Assembly (NCBI GenBank): GCA_965637545.1
Contig: OZ281495.1
Coordinates: 24,304,001-24,368,000, forward strand
DNA length: 64,000 nucleotides
Reading direction: 5' to 3'
Origin: Phallusia mammillata
Lineage: Eukaryota
The notes beneath the pieces were generated by a model that saw only the letters and a program-made list of their open reading frames with translations, had not been told where the DNA came from and searched no databases. Every line of letters starts with the position of its first letter. Positions within the stretch are counted from its first letter, which is position 1. The translations under genes were made by a program, and so were the position numbers. Shown piece after piece: positions 33,801 through 46,672 of the stretch.

Positions 33801-34579
33801 TCTGCCAAACGGTGAAACACCAATGCCAGAAGACATATGTTTTGCCACGGGATACAGAACCACCTGTAGGTTACCGTCATTTAGTAAACCATGCAGGTAT
33901 GGACCAGCATCTGATTTTCTTTCCTTTCCAGCCTATCGAGGATCACTGGCGGTTCAGCTTCAGGAAGTCATGCTTCCTATGGTGGACCATGCAACATGCA
34001 ATAAATCATATGAGGGAACAATATACACAGTTAATCCCAACACTACGATCTGCGCAGGTTATGAGGAAGGCGGAAAAGACGCGTGTCAAGGTAACCACAA
34101 ACGTCAATGCAAATAGTAGACTATGAACAAATAGCGAATTATCGTCTGCCGTTCTCTGTTTCGATAATCTTTCATGCGGCAGTTAAACTTCTTTTGTGCC
34201 ACATTTGTGGTGCGTTATCATATTTGTTTGTAACTTTGGACCTTTACATTTTCAATTATGGTACAAACACCCAGCAGATGCTTTTTATGTGATTAAGTAA
34301 TAATTTTCTCAGCACTGTTGTTTTGTAGGTGACTCAGGTGGACCGTACGTATGCCAACGTTGCAAGACATGTGATTGGTACTTGGCCGGAATTACATCGT
34401 TCGGTATTGGGTGCACCGACGCTGGACGCTACGGTGTCTTTACCAACGTTGAGTTCTTCGAAAAATGGATCGGGCAACAGATCGGACAAACAGTTACAAA
34501 GAGCAACGCGGTGTGCAACGAGCGAATAAGTAAATCAAAGGGCAAGGTTGGCGTCCTAAACAAGGATGAAATATTTTGA
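30827..34579 (+). CDS. Truncated paralog of protease 2: SP-ShKT-EGF-cbEGF-S1 domain, no TSP1 tail, activation motif deleted (possible pseudoprotease or young pseudogene)
   Basis: Eleven exons homologous to gene 2 with no stop or frameshift seen. TAGHC, NDIAL and GDSGG are intact. Exon 32115-32194 reads PPRGDYTKIGKWPWQ. The last exon reads through the lost donor to TGA at 34577-34579; AATAAA at 34660. Confidence 0.8.
31105..31277 (+). mobile_element. 5'-truncated copy of the tRNA-containing Penelope-like element
   Basis: Aligns to ~19718-19895 and ends at the same TAACTG 3' terminus. Confidence 0.8.
32571..32778. mobile_element. Short MITE-like inverted-repeat element
   Basis: CAAAACCCAGTGTATAAAACCCTAGGCCAAACAG / CTGTTTGGCCTAGGTTTTTATACATTTGGTTTTG; TSD not clear. 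Confidence 0.65.
33174..33478. mobile_element. Partial hAT MITE (left end only)
   Basis: CAGTGATTCTCAACC left TIR and GGTGGTACGC-type subterminal motifs; right TIR not found. Confidence 0.5.
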
Positions 34580-35436
34580 AAACATCACTCTAATGTCACT
34601 GGAAATGTTGTTCCCACAGCGGAAGATTTGTTTCCTATTTTTCCCGCCAAAAATGTGTAAATAAACAGCTTTGCAAAGACCTTTTTCGAGTTTTGTTTTC
34701 TTCAAACTGTTAAAGCTTGTAAGCATGGACATGAAGTACATGTGTCTTTGATTGAAAAGATTGCTTGAAAAACAGCCCGATCGTACCTTAGCAAGGTGTT
34801 TTTGTTTACAAGAGAGCAAACTACTCTGTGCTGGAAGAGTTGAAGATATGTATAATCCACTTTGACTGAATGAAGAACTCCTTCAGTTTTTGTCTTATTA
34901 AACCATGTTTGCAACAACTTGGAAGTTAAAACCTACACTAAAAATAGTTTAATGCGTGCATACAAACCAATCTTTGGTTTCACTAAAACAACACCGTCTT
35001 GGAGCATCACACCTAAAGATAATTCTTGCAGGTGTCCAGCAACTTGGTAATTTGACCATTTGGCAAAATCGATGCAGTGTCAATAAAAGAAACTTGTGTC
35101 ATGTTGCATTAAGGCAAATACCTTTCTTATTCGCAAACAGATAAAATTTGACACAAGGGTGCTGGGAAATAAAAATCATTGGAAATCACTAAAAATCATT
35201 GGCAATAAAAGTGCTACATTAAACTCATTGCAAATGGGCCAAACAGTTTTTTAAGCACAATAGAGGCACATACAAGATGGAACTGATTCCTACATGGAAA
35301 ATGGGAAACAAAGTTGATGAAGTAATCTCACAGCAAAGATATACAATCTTTAATTCACCAAAACAAGCTTTTAAAGCCAACACACACTACTACATTATTG
35401 ACAAAATACATCATATTTATGTAAGTACATCTACAT

Positions 35437-35727
35437 CAGTGGTTCTCAACTGGTGGTCCATGATGACTTTTTGGGTGGTCCACAGGATGCCCACTAAATT
35501 TATTGATAAACTAGAGATGATTGCATTTTACATGTTGAAAGAGTATCAAAATGTTGGCTGTTAATAATTGTATCACACTTCTTGAAAATCGGTTTTAAAG
35601 AATTATGATTCAAGCGCAAATAGTTGTTTTGTAAGCGTACTTCAATCTTGCTCAAAAATGAAATGGTCCACGATATTATTTTTACTGGGCCGGTGGTCCA
35701 TGGCCCGAAACGAGTTGAGAACCACTG
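35437..35727. mobile_element. hAT/Buster-type MITE
   Basis: TIR CAGTGGTTCTCAAC / GTTGAGAACCACTG; perfect TSD ATCTACAT. Confidence 0.92.
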
Positions 35728-36216
35728 ATCTACATCATGAAGTGTTGTACTTAGAACACTATCACTTGTACGTTTGCAAACACCATCTCTTTTTAGAAGC
35801 CAATTCACTCATTTTTCACTAGGAACCTCATTGTTCCACATTTCAGCTGTTTGGATTGATAAAAAAATCCTTGTGGGCATCTAGTCTGGTTTTTCCTGCA
35901 AAAAGTGGAAATTAAAATTATTTTGGACATTAGGGTTTCTCATGAATTATTGCAAAATAACGTGCAACATACACAATTTATCAATTTGCTTAGTTCAGCA
36001 TTTAGATCCAGTTCTTCAATACTAGTTTCCAAATCTCCATTTTCTATGAACATAACAATAGGTGTTACAATCTAGAAGAGTTAATTTGACCATTCAACAT
36101 GAAATCACATGGATGTGATGATCACATTCTTAGCATTTTGGGCAAACCAGTTGGCATTTAAACAATTAATAAGTTTGTCAAGGTAATATTTCAGCCAAAC
36201 ATTTAGAAAACAAAGT

Positions 36217-39200
36217 TTAAGGCTCATTGAGTGAAAGATGCAAAATCCTTTTCAATTTGCCAGCTAATAAAATAGTGAACGAATTTAACGGAACTTTTAT
36301 TTCATAAAAATGTAAAAAAAACATTATGAGTAGTGTACTGTAGATTACTGCCAATAATAGGTAATGTACCAAGATAGTGATGGTTTTCGTCAAGCAGCTG
36401 AGTCAACTCTGCTTCATAGCTTCTGAAAAGGAAAATTAAAATTTTTAAGTTTCAACAAACAAAACAGGTCTACTACAGATTTAACGTAGGTCATGAGCCC
36501 TACTTTACCCAGGCCATTACCTTTCTTGTGAGACTTTCTCCTCAAAACTTTCAACAGGTTCTTCATTAATGGAACTTAGTGATGTGCAACTTGATTCTAT
36601 GATGGATTGAGCAATACCATTCGAAGTGCTGAAAGAAGTGATACTTTATATAAGGGTGATTCTCAGCTTGTTTCAAACTTTTAGGTCATGCCCTGCCAGC
36701 TCAATTAAATGCATATTGTGGACAATTCAATTAAAACACATTTTTTCAAGACATAATTTCAAAAAGACAGCGAATATTTTCATCTGAAGCCTATTTCTGT
36801 CAAATATAATTTCAAGTTTTTCACAAAATATAGTAGACTACTGAAAAAGTCATAATAGACCCCACTTGCGAGCCAGTGCTTTTTGACATCGTATTAGACT
36901 GCAAACCATTTGGCCTAAAAAATTTCAATTGGGAAATGATAATGTACTGCAATATAAAACCAAAACATGGCAATATTTTTGGGAAAAAATACTGTGCTGT
37001 GTCTAATACTAATCAATTTAATGCAGTAAATTTGATAAGAGTATTAATCAAAAGCATTGACAGAAAACAAATAATGAAAACATGCTCCCTTTGACAGTAG
37101 GCAGTACAGAATGTTTAATTTACACAACCTTTTAGCAGTTCTCTGTTTAAATTCATCTTCAAGCATTTTCACAGCTCTTTCAGAAAGTGCGAATAATTCT
37201 TCCACACTTTTACGCTTTTTAATTTCAGTAAAACAACTTCTGAGGATTGATTTTGTAATAGAATGAGTCCATTCTGGAATTTCTTTGATAATTTCTGGTC
37301 TAGTAAAGCAGTTATATAAATATTGGGTAATAAAAACAAATGTGATCTTTTTTACACACGGACAATCTCTTACTTTTGAGTGATTGCATATAGGTAAGTT
37401 GATAAATTTGGTAGCACCATGGTCCATGGTGTGTGTCCAGTTAACATGTTAAGCAAAAAACAAGCAGCAGACCAAACATCACTCCCATAATAATACAACT
37501 CAAACTGAATTACTTCAGGACTCATAAAATGTTCAGTGCCTACAAAGTAACATTTACATTAGGATACATATATTCCCTGATGTAAACAATAATTAGCTTT
37601 CATCCAAGTTTTATTCGTTTCTATTGCATATCATAACTGCCAACATACCTATTGTATAGTACCACACATTTCCACCTCCTACTCAAATATACCTGGCAAC
37701 ATATATTTTGCCAAATTTCCTTCTGTTGGTACACAAATAATTTGCTGCCATACATAAACAAGTTCTTTTGACATAGTGTAACTACTTCCTCCAAGAATCG
37801 TTTGTTACATGGTAATATCTAAGTTATATACCTACCTGTACTCACCTGCAACCATTCTTATCTATAAACTGACAACATTAAATTTGGCTGGATTTACTTT
37901 TTTAATCACACCGGACTAAGGTTTAAGAAACATTTGCATGTTAAAATACACTACATTTACATTTGATCAAAGCACATCCTACCTGCCATCTTTTATTTAC
38001 TACTAACTTGGCTCTTGCATAAGATCTGTTACATCCTAATGATTCAAAACAGTAACAAACGGCGTATTTTTTTGAAACTATTCTAAATTAGGATACCTAA
38101 AACATCGGACTTTTGAATACTTGCCATTTCACTTAATACAATAATCATTTATGCAACAAATTTAACATAACAGGACAGATTTTAAGTTTAAAACAGACAA
38201 ATAACATATAAACTAAACCATCCTAAAATATTTTTTCTTACCAACAATTCCACTAGTCAACTGCACATGATCCGCGTTTTGGGGAATTATGAGTGCCTCA
38301 CCAAAGTCTAACAAAAATGTGTGACTTCTGTCACTTGATAACACCACATTTCTTGGCTTTATATCACAATGGACAATATTTATAGATTTCAAGTACTGGA
38401 GTGCAGACAGAATCTGTTAAAAACAGTTTAACCAAATTACTTTCTATTTGTCTATTCAAGTGTTGTTTTGAATGGCATATACCTGGTTATAATATTTCAT
38501 TGCCCACAACTCGGTGAACAAATGTGGACAATCGTTGCCTCCAGTTAAACCAACTCCCTTCTTGATGAGTCGCGCTATGCTACCTCCAGCTCCAAGGTGC
38601 ATTAAAATGTGTATTCCATGTTCAGTTCGAATTGCCCCATACAATTTTACCTGGTAAACAAAAGTACTCTTGCTGTTAACAGTTTTCTTTAAAAATGTCA
38701 AAATCAAAACAAGACGTACAATGTGTCTATGATCAGTTTTGCATAAAATTTCCAGCTCATTCTTGTTGAACTTATCCAGTTGTATCACTTTTTCTGCAAA
38801 CCTTGAGAAGAGAACAGGTTTACTGTTTTGCATCACTTTTCCGCATGCTTGTGACTTTAAGTACACAACGTGATACAAATTCTTTCTACCTGAAAGGAGA
38901 TCCCCTAGATTCACTTTCAATGTCCACTGCATGATAAACAGTCCCGAACTGACCCACACTGGCATTTCTTCCACTAATGCTTGAGGCTGAGTAGGTATGT
39001 GCTTTATGTTTATCTGTGTCAGAACAAAAATGGTAATGCAAATTTCATTTACCTCTTAGGGATTGGTTTTTTCCATCAACAGACATGTGCAACCGCTTGT
39101 AGAACAGTGGAAAACAATATAATTCCTTGTGATTTAAATGCAGACAACGTTCAAGAATTACCCCCTCTGCTTCAACCACCATAGCTGACATGCTTCTGCA

Positions 39201-40004
39201 AAGGGTTACTTCAAAAGTTTTGGTGCCATCAACATTATGTAAATAGAACTTACTTGCTTCTTTTACGTAGTTTTGCACTCTTTCCTTGGTCCGCCCAATA
39301 TGTTGCAAAACTACATAGCAGTGTTGAACCATTGTATATAACTCTTCCAAAGTAAGGGGCTAATGACCGAAGATTAACTTGAGATTTAGGTCTTAGCAAA
39401 CATTGGAATGGCACTGGAGAAATGAAATCCTGTGATGTCTCTAAAATCTACAAAAAAGATGGTCCACACAAAAGGATAGTAAATGTGAAACAAGCACAAC
39501 TTTTGTGATCATCAAATTGTCACTATTTCAACATAAAAATGCTGGTTGTTACAAAGTAACCCACCACTTGTTCGTTTAATCCAAATACATCAGGTGTGTC
39601 AGCATCAGGCAGTTCACTTCTGCGTGTAATCTGCAAGATAATATTAAAGCACTTGTTGACTTTGACTATGGGAACACTACACGACTACACCAACTGCTTA
39701 AAAATGAATTATACAAGTGTTAATACAATGGTCTTATTTGCACAAGACTGAGTGCAATTCCATTGAATTACAAATGGTTATGTTATTCTGTATAAGTTCT
39801 CGAACCACAAAAAAAGCTTTTGTGATTACTACACTGTTAGCAACAACTATTATCGTGACTTGTGATTTATTCAACATTTTATTTCCGCACAGCAAACGTA
39901 TTTTTTGAAGTCAATCAAATGCTAACCGGGTGCCTTGTTTCTTCATGCTCAACAGGTCGTTTTTTCCTAAACCAAAACTCTGAGCAGTCATCATCAGCTG
40001 CCAT
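36217..40004 (-). CDS. MAP3K14 (NIK)/MAP3K8 (COT/TPL2)-family Ser/Thr kinase (multi-exon; 3' end uncertain)
   Basis: Phase-consistent exons from ATG 40004 (MAADDDCSEFWF). Pre-kinase EGVIL motif (NIK has NEGVLL), then SVGQFGTVY, FAEK, VKLYGA, HCDIKPRN, DFG, GTEHFMSPE, SDVWSAACFLLNMLTGHTPWT, KEIP..KRKSVEEL. The stop is placed tentatively at 36217. Confidence 0.8.
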
Positions 40005-40458
40005 TACTGGAAAGCAATAACCAGAAGCAGTCTAGTTTATACAAACCAACAACAAAACAGGAAGCCCATTTGAGTAATAAGGAACTCAACAATCAATGAC
40101 ACCCATTCACTTTACTTTCCTTATTCTTGTAGTTTGTTGAATGGTTTCGCACAGTCACTCAAGCGTGTCGTAACTTCATACAGTGGGCGTTTTTTCACTT
40201 GTTGCATCCAGTTACTTTGCATCAAGGTGAAAAGTTCGTTGCAGAATTTTCCAAACAAAAAGATCATACAAAGAAAAATGGTACTTGAATTCTGACATAA
40301 AATACGCACGTTTTAAATGTGTTTTATTTGCGCTGTTTTCAAAACAAGGGAAAGCATTTACATATGTCCATTTTTCCTCTATTATCGTTGCCACACACGT
40401 GTTTAAGATAATCCATGCTTCCATGGGTTGCGATGCAACCCCAGGCAAAGCAATGGGA

Positions 40459-41574
40459 TCAAATAATGCCCCACTTCTCTTCAAACGCACCGCACACTTT
40501 GGTGCAAGTTATTGCCGCTGATAGTGGATAGTTGCTTATTGATATCGTTTTTTCCGTGTACGATTCGTCGATCTACAAAACAGCAACAGCGTTGTTCAAA
40601 GAATTTCGACCAAGAATTAGTAACTGTATAAAGTTGCAGCCTACAACTGAGTACTTACTGCTCCATGAGCCATTGCACCTATCACAAAGGCCATCGGTTT
40701 GTCAGGAAGTACAAGATCACGCACATCCACTATTGCATCTGCTGCGAACGATGTACCTATACATACACAGCCAGCGGGAAGGTGCTCAGTGACCGGACCT
40801 TTTATCACCTAACAGTGTTAAATTTTTTGGCTTAAAATACGTGTCAAGTTATTCAACGTTTAGGTTAGGTTACATATGATGCAATATCGTCGGCGTCACA
40901 TGCAAACTGGTCCCACCTTGAGCAATTTAACAGGGGCATCTGATCCACGAACGCTCAGTTTATGCAAAAGTTGGACCATAAGACCACAAAAACGGTCGAA
41001 CGTTCTAGGAATCCTTGTCTGCGGATTAATTTCTATCAAAACGTTTTTGGCAGTGTGTATGTATACCTACAAAAAACACGAGTAAACTTGAAAAAGCTAC
41101 AACAATCACAAACATCAGGTATTTTATGAATCTCACTCTGTTACTTAAGACATAGTATTACAACTAATCTGGACTTACTTGCAATAAACCAGCACGGTTT
41201 AGTGGACTGTCCATTAGCATGAGAAGGCATTGATGAGCAATGTCTGGTCTACATGTTCCAGGATTCCGATTATTCTTTCTCAAAACATTTTTGTGTTTGT
41301 CACAGTTTAGAAGTTCAAACGTTTTTCCAACCTTCAAAAATATTAAACCAAAAACATATTCACACACAAAAAACACAATTTTAGGCAAACAATGAATCTT
41401 ATTGGGATATACAAAGCAAAACTGGCCTACTTTTACTGTTTCCAGTGAAGTATTGGCCAATATCACTATTAATCGCTTGCCAGAGTTGTGGTCTTTTAGG
41501 CTGCGAAGAAGCTTTAAACCCCTTTCTTCTTGTTCACTCTCCTCCTCATCAACCGGTAACCTTCTTTTACCCAT
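40459..41574 (-). CDS. EMG1: rRNA small subunit methyltransferase NEP1/EMG1 (5 exons)
   Basis: [78 protein letters not shown]-terminus [29 protein letters not shown]. Confidence 0.95.
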
Positions 41575-41779
41575 TGTACAAAAACCTACTTATGTTCAAA
41601 ATCTAAATAAAACAGAAAAAATATTGCGCTATATAGCACACAAATATGTAACGGTTCATTGAAATACACAATGTACTATTTTTTTAAATACAAAACACAG
41701 CGAAACGTTGATCACAGGTGTAAAAAAAATAAAAATCACAAATCACACAGTGTGATATGAAATTGACTACCAAATTTAT

Positions 41780-43860
41780 TCAGTGCTTATGAAATGGCCT
41801 TGCACCAGGTATTCTCACAAGAGAATCTGAGCTAAATCTTCGTATCACTCGGCTTGCTGCATCACTTTTTGATTTAGGCGACATTGTTCTTGTTTTTGTG
41901 CTTGTCGGAGTGATGTATCTCACACTTCGCTCCTTCAGGGCCTTGGGTTTGACCGAACTGGGTGGCTGTGCAACTGATGTGGTTGTTCCAACAGTTACCA
42001 AGTTCTTTGAAGGTCTGGTTTTGGTTTTAGAAACTGGAATATCTTCTTGTAAAGGTTGAGCAGGTGATGTTTCACTTTTTGGAACAGTTGCAACTGTTTC
42101 AATGCTGGAACTGCTTTGCAACGGCACAGGTTCAAACTCTGGGAGTTCAAAATTATCAATCAGATCTTGTTCAGTCTACAAAAACATTTTTAAGGCAAGA
42201 TTAAGTATGTAATTAATTATGGGTACTATGCCCCCTTAACTAATCAAACTTGTACCACCTTCAAAAAGTATTTTGTTTACATAAGATAGTGTTTTTTACA
42301 AAAATTAACAAGCATTTGTCATGCCACAATAGCAGTTTTTATACCTTAACCATTGTTTGCAACACATGTGATATCTTCTTTTGAACTGGTGATAAGTCTG
42401 TGTCTAGTTCTTCAAGATTATCCCCTGTATCCTTTCTATTTGGATCAGCATTTTGATCATTAATTTCAGCAATCCTATGTCTATGTTCCTCAGCTACTTC
42501 ATCGAGTCTTGTTACAGAGTGAAGCAGCAAAGTGTTTGTGGTTTGTTTTATGCCCATAGGATCATTTTCTTCACTTTCATCTGGAATACTTTCATCGTCT
42601 GAATCCGTTTCATTAAGCAACTCTTCACCATCCAAAAGTTTCAACAAAGGAAGCCCATCGGTTACAGATTGTCTAAAATATATAGAATGTGGCAAAAGCA
42701 ATTAGGTTTTTGGATTGTCAGTACTGTCAATATGACAAGTTTTTGAGCTACAACCACATCACTTTACCGGTATGATATTCTACACCAGAAAAAAAAAATT
42801 TTTTTTTCAACATAAACCTGCAATAGATATGGGGCTAGTCTAAAATACGCAATCTATGCAATCTATACACAAACTACTAACAAAAACTAACTGAGATGTT
42901 GACGGTTAGGGCTATTAGGGTCAGGGTAAGGGTTTGTAAAGTAAATAACTTTATAATTCAATCTTAGATACTCTTTTGGACCTATTTTTCTTACAAGTGT
43001 GAACATGCGGGACCATATGGTGTTTAGTACCATCCTCAACAAATATGAGAATATTCAGCCCAAAATGGGCATCTAAAATTAAATTATAGCGTAGTTTGCG
43101 TAGATTGCGTATTTTAGAGGAGTCCATAGATATGGGCCACAAAGAACTGTAAAAGCTTTGTTAACAAAAATTTCAAATAATAAAAACAAATGTCCAAACC
43201 TGTATCCAACAGAGTATGTACATTTGTTATTTCTTAGGTTGAGAAAAACCAGACTTTTGGGCAATTGGTCCACATTCAAAACATCTATCAAATTATCACT
43301 CAAATCTAAAAATTGCAAAAGCTCGAGATGAAGCAGGTTTTCAATGCGTTCAATCTGGTTTCCAGCAAGTGTAAGGAACTTTAAACTCGATGCAACCCAT
43401 TCCAAGTTGTTGATTTGTGTAAACAAATTCTAAAAGTATTAATAAATTAGGTGTGCTTATGACATGTTGAAATCAAAACAAAATTATAATCCAGTTAAAA
43501 ACACTAAAGAAGATCAGTTTACAAAAAAATGAAAGCAAAAATAATCTCCTTTTAAACCCTCAACAAAAACTCACAGTTATATATCCCGTCATTGATAACA
43601 CACATAGGCGTAGAGTTTTAAAAAATACCAGGGGTACTCTACGCCAGTGATAACACATAACACTGACTTACATGTTGCAAGTAAAGATTTGTTACTGGTC
43701 CGAGACAATCTAAATTATCTATTATTTCCAGTTCTTCTCGGTCCAATCTGACATGGGTCAAACCCAGTATTTGATCAGCTACATCTATATCCCTTGCATC
43801 TTCAACTTTTTGTTTAACATTTCTGTTTAATATCAGATCAATTGATACAGTTTTTGGCAT
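41780..43860 (-). CDS. LRRC46: Leucine-rich repeat-containing protein 46 (4 coding exons)
   Basis: THVRLDREEL..NLYLQ, LKFLTLAGNQIERIENLLHLELLQFLDLSDNLI..LPKSLVFLNLRNNKCT..GYR..LPLLKLLDG match the LRRC46 pattern. Acidic and low-complexity C-terminus. Exons ~43860-43672, 43429-43200, 42672-42345, 42175-41780. Confidence 0.85.
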
Positions 43861-43938
43861 CTAAAATCCACACAACCAGTTTAATCACACAATATTCCAC
43901 ACTTCTTAGTATTAAATAGCATCGGACTTCACATAAAG

Positions 43939-44370
43939 CACGGGTGTCAAACACGTTACCCGCAGGCCACATACGGCCCTCCAAGAGTTATTGTGCGGGC
44001 TGCGAAATAACTTTTAGAAGTTATGTGTTTTACTCTGGCCCTGTCAGACCAGTGAGTTTACATAATACAATCATTCTCTATTAATGATATTTGCAACGTT
44101 TTAATAGGATGTCTTTAGAATCAGCAATTGCAGTTATATATATGCCATTGTTTTCACACAATGCAATAAAGCACAGTTGATGGTTCTTTCACTCTGCTAC
44201 ACTGTAAATATGTTTGTTATTTATTACCATATTGTTTTTTTAATGTAGTCAATGGCATAAATGAACATTTTACTTTTTTTATGCAACTTTGATGTTGTCA
44301 TGTCACACTGTATTGACTTTCATAAAAGTTTTTTTTTTGGCCCTCAAGCTGTTTGAGTTTGACACCCCTG
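43939..44370. mobile_element. hAT-type MITE
   Basis: TIR CACGGGTGTCAAAC / GTTTGACACCCCTG; TSD ACATAAAG/ATATAAAG. Confidence 0.85.
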
Positions 44371-45036
44371 ATATAAAGTATATTTTAGAATTGCGCAAAA
44401 CGGCACTCAGATTTCAGAGAATATTTGGAACACATTACACAGGCGCCAGGGCCTCCTGACGCCTGACGAGACGACCACAGTCACCATCACCACTCACCAC
44501 ACTATGACATCAACCCTGTGTCTTCGTCGTTTTGACTTAGTTCTAATGTTAGTCCTGTAATTTAGAGACGAACGTAACTCTGTAAAGCCTGTATAGTAGT
44601 CAGTACTCACGTAAACAGGCGACCATGCTACATTTTACGTTTGCTTAGATTTTTTCAATCTCATTGAAATTATTGCTTTAGATGTGAAGTCATGCGTGAC
44701 CGAGGTTTTTTTAATTTTTGTGACGTCGAAGTTGGGGCATCCAGATTCACAAAGATTTTTAAAGAGTTTTTAATACTCCTTGGCGCATCTTACATTTTGC
44801 GCATATAGCCTACACTAAATTCCTTATTTTGGCTTTTACTTTTTTATTGCATTACAATGCCATAGTGATCTTTACTGATGAATTACGTAACGTATAATTT
44901 GCATAGTAAATACGAGCTCTTAATTTAAACAAACTTATAAGAACGGGTTGGCACATTTCTGTCACTTTTAAAGCATTTATGTTCAATTGCAAGAAATATC
45001 TTCTTCTACAAATTCCCAGTACTATTTGATTTAAAC

Positions 45037-45365
45037 CAGTGGTTCCCAAACTGTGGGCCATGGCCCAGTAGTGGGCCACCAAGACATTTTCAATGGGCCA
45101 CAGAGCCATTTGAATAGATTCTACTGTTTTGTAATACTGTAGATATTATGCGCTTTGTTTTGAAAAACGTAATTTTTGCAAAGAATTCTGAATCTTGTAG
45201 CCAAATTTTAGGAGCATGTATCTCATTAAAAATAAATTGCTGGATAATTTCGCCTGTTTTTGAGTTATTTTTTTGTTGGTGCCCAAATTTACAGCACATG
45301 GTGGGCCACGAATCGCTATTAAATAGACATTAGGGCCACAGACCAAAAAAGTTTGGGAACCCCTG
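45037..45365. mobile_element. hAT/Buster-type MITE
   Basis: TIR CAGTGGTTCCCAAACT / AGTTTGGGAACCCCTG; perfect TSD ATTTAAAC. Confidence 0.92.
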
Positions 45366-45391
45366 ATTTAAACTCACCCTGGCAACCTAAC

Positions 45392-45555
45392 TATCGTATT
45401 TACTCGATTGTAAGCCGCCCTCGATTATAAATCACATCATACAAGTTTTGAACCCCAAATGAATAAAAACGTTGGAGTGTAGACATAATATCGGTTTAAA
45501 ATTAAACTGTAAGCGGCCCTCGATTGTAACCCACCCCTGATTATAAGCGGTAGGT
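45392..45555. mobile_element. Possible Tc1/pogo-like transposon end fragment
   Basis: TA-TCGTATTTACTCGATTGTAAGCCGC start with repeated CTCGATT(G/A)TAA subterminal motifs; other end not found. Confidence 0.4.
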
Positions 45556-46578
45556 ATAACCAAAAAATGAAACATTTGTCGTTAGTTGGAGCCACGGAGC
45601 AGTATTTTACAAAATGTGTATCGAGCATTTTCTGCGTTTAGTGAACCCCAATGCAAGACCGCATGGTGAAAAACGTTATGTGGCATTTCCATTGCTGAGA
45701 AAGAATGGTGTGTAAATAAACTAAATGTTTTTAAAAATGCAAGAATGCTGATGTGGACAGCCCACTCAAAAGATGTTAATATAAAGGTCTTCGTTTTGAT
45801 CATGACCAGTGGCGTGAATCTTTTGAAGTACAATTGGGCGTCTAAGTGGAAAAAAGCAATAAAAATGTCGAAATCAGAAATATTCTCCCACTGTTATGAG
45901 CTCTGGTTCACAAAACGTCAGTCTTGTAAATTGACTCACATTGTGTTCATCGCTAGTCTCGTTTTGCCGATAATTGAAGCAGGAACACCAAAGTGATCAT
46001 AGGTTGCCTTCGGCGAATTTGACGTCGTTCGCGCAAGGTCTCTCGACAATATGTAATTGGAACGGTTGGAAGGTATAGGCAGAAGATATAGTGAACAAGT
46101 TTAGCAGACAGTTAATACAGACGTATAGCAAAAAAGTGTAAGTTATGTTCAGATAACGCGGAGTAAAGTGGAAATTTGCTTTCACTTATATGTTCATTTA
46201 TCTTCGAACTGTCAAAAAAGAAAGTGATCGTTGAGAAGAAAACGTCAGTTTGACACATTTTCTTGGACTTTCGCAGCCATATATTTTAAGAATTTTTGTA
46301 GTCTCTTGGAGTTTAGTGATGAAATATTGATCTTCGAACCGTCGTGAATAGCAAGGGAGACGACTAAACTACAATTGTTGATGCAGTAAAGTAAACAATT
46401 AAGAATTAAAGGAAATATCTCGTATTCGATTCAGATGTCGTCGTGGACGGTAGGTTTAAACTTTTCTTGTCAAAACGTGAATTTTTATAGCTGATGTAAG
46501 AAAATACAACATGTTTACGTTTGAGGGTAATTGAATGACACACCCGAAGCCCACGTGACGTGTTTGGCCGGTTTAATA

Positions 46579-46672
46579 CTATAAATACGTAACCTACTTG
46601 GCCTGGGGCGTTTAGCGCAATTTTATATGATGGCGTAGGACATTAACTGCAACAAGTCTAAACACAAGTTTG
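46579..46672 (+). promoter_or_regulatory. Putative TATA promoter and non-coding first exon of the mosaic mucin gene
   Basis: TATAAATA at 46579 followed ~90 nt later by a strong donor TG|GTAAGT at 46672/46673. Confidence 0.45.

Noticed and set aside
42900-42936. TTAGGG-like run as an interstitial telomere
   Set aside because: Only a few degenerate units; similar GGTTAGG tracts at ~13845 and ~33500 look like internal parts of repeats.
44455-44490. CTGACGA-GAC..GTC hammerhead-like start
   Set aside because: Followed by ACCA rather than GAAA; no stem I or III.
45372-45386. RFX X-box upstream of LRRC46
   Set aside because: Only the GGCAAC half matches well and it abuts a MITE TSD; not supportable alone.
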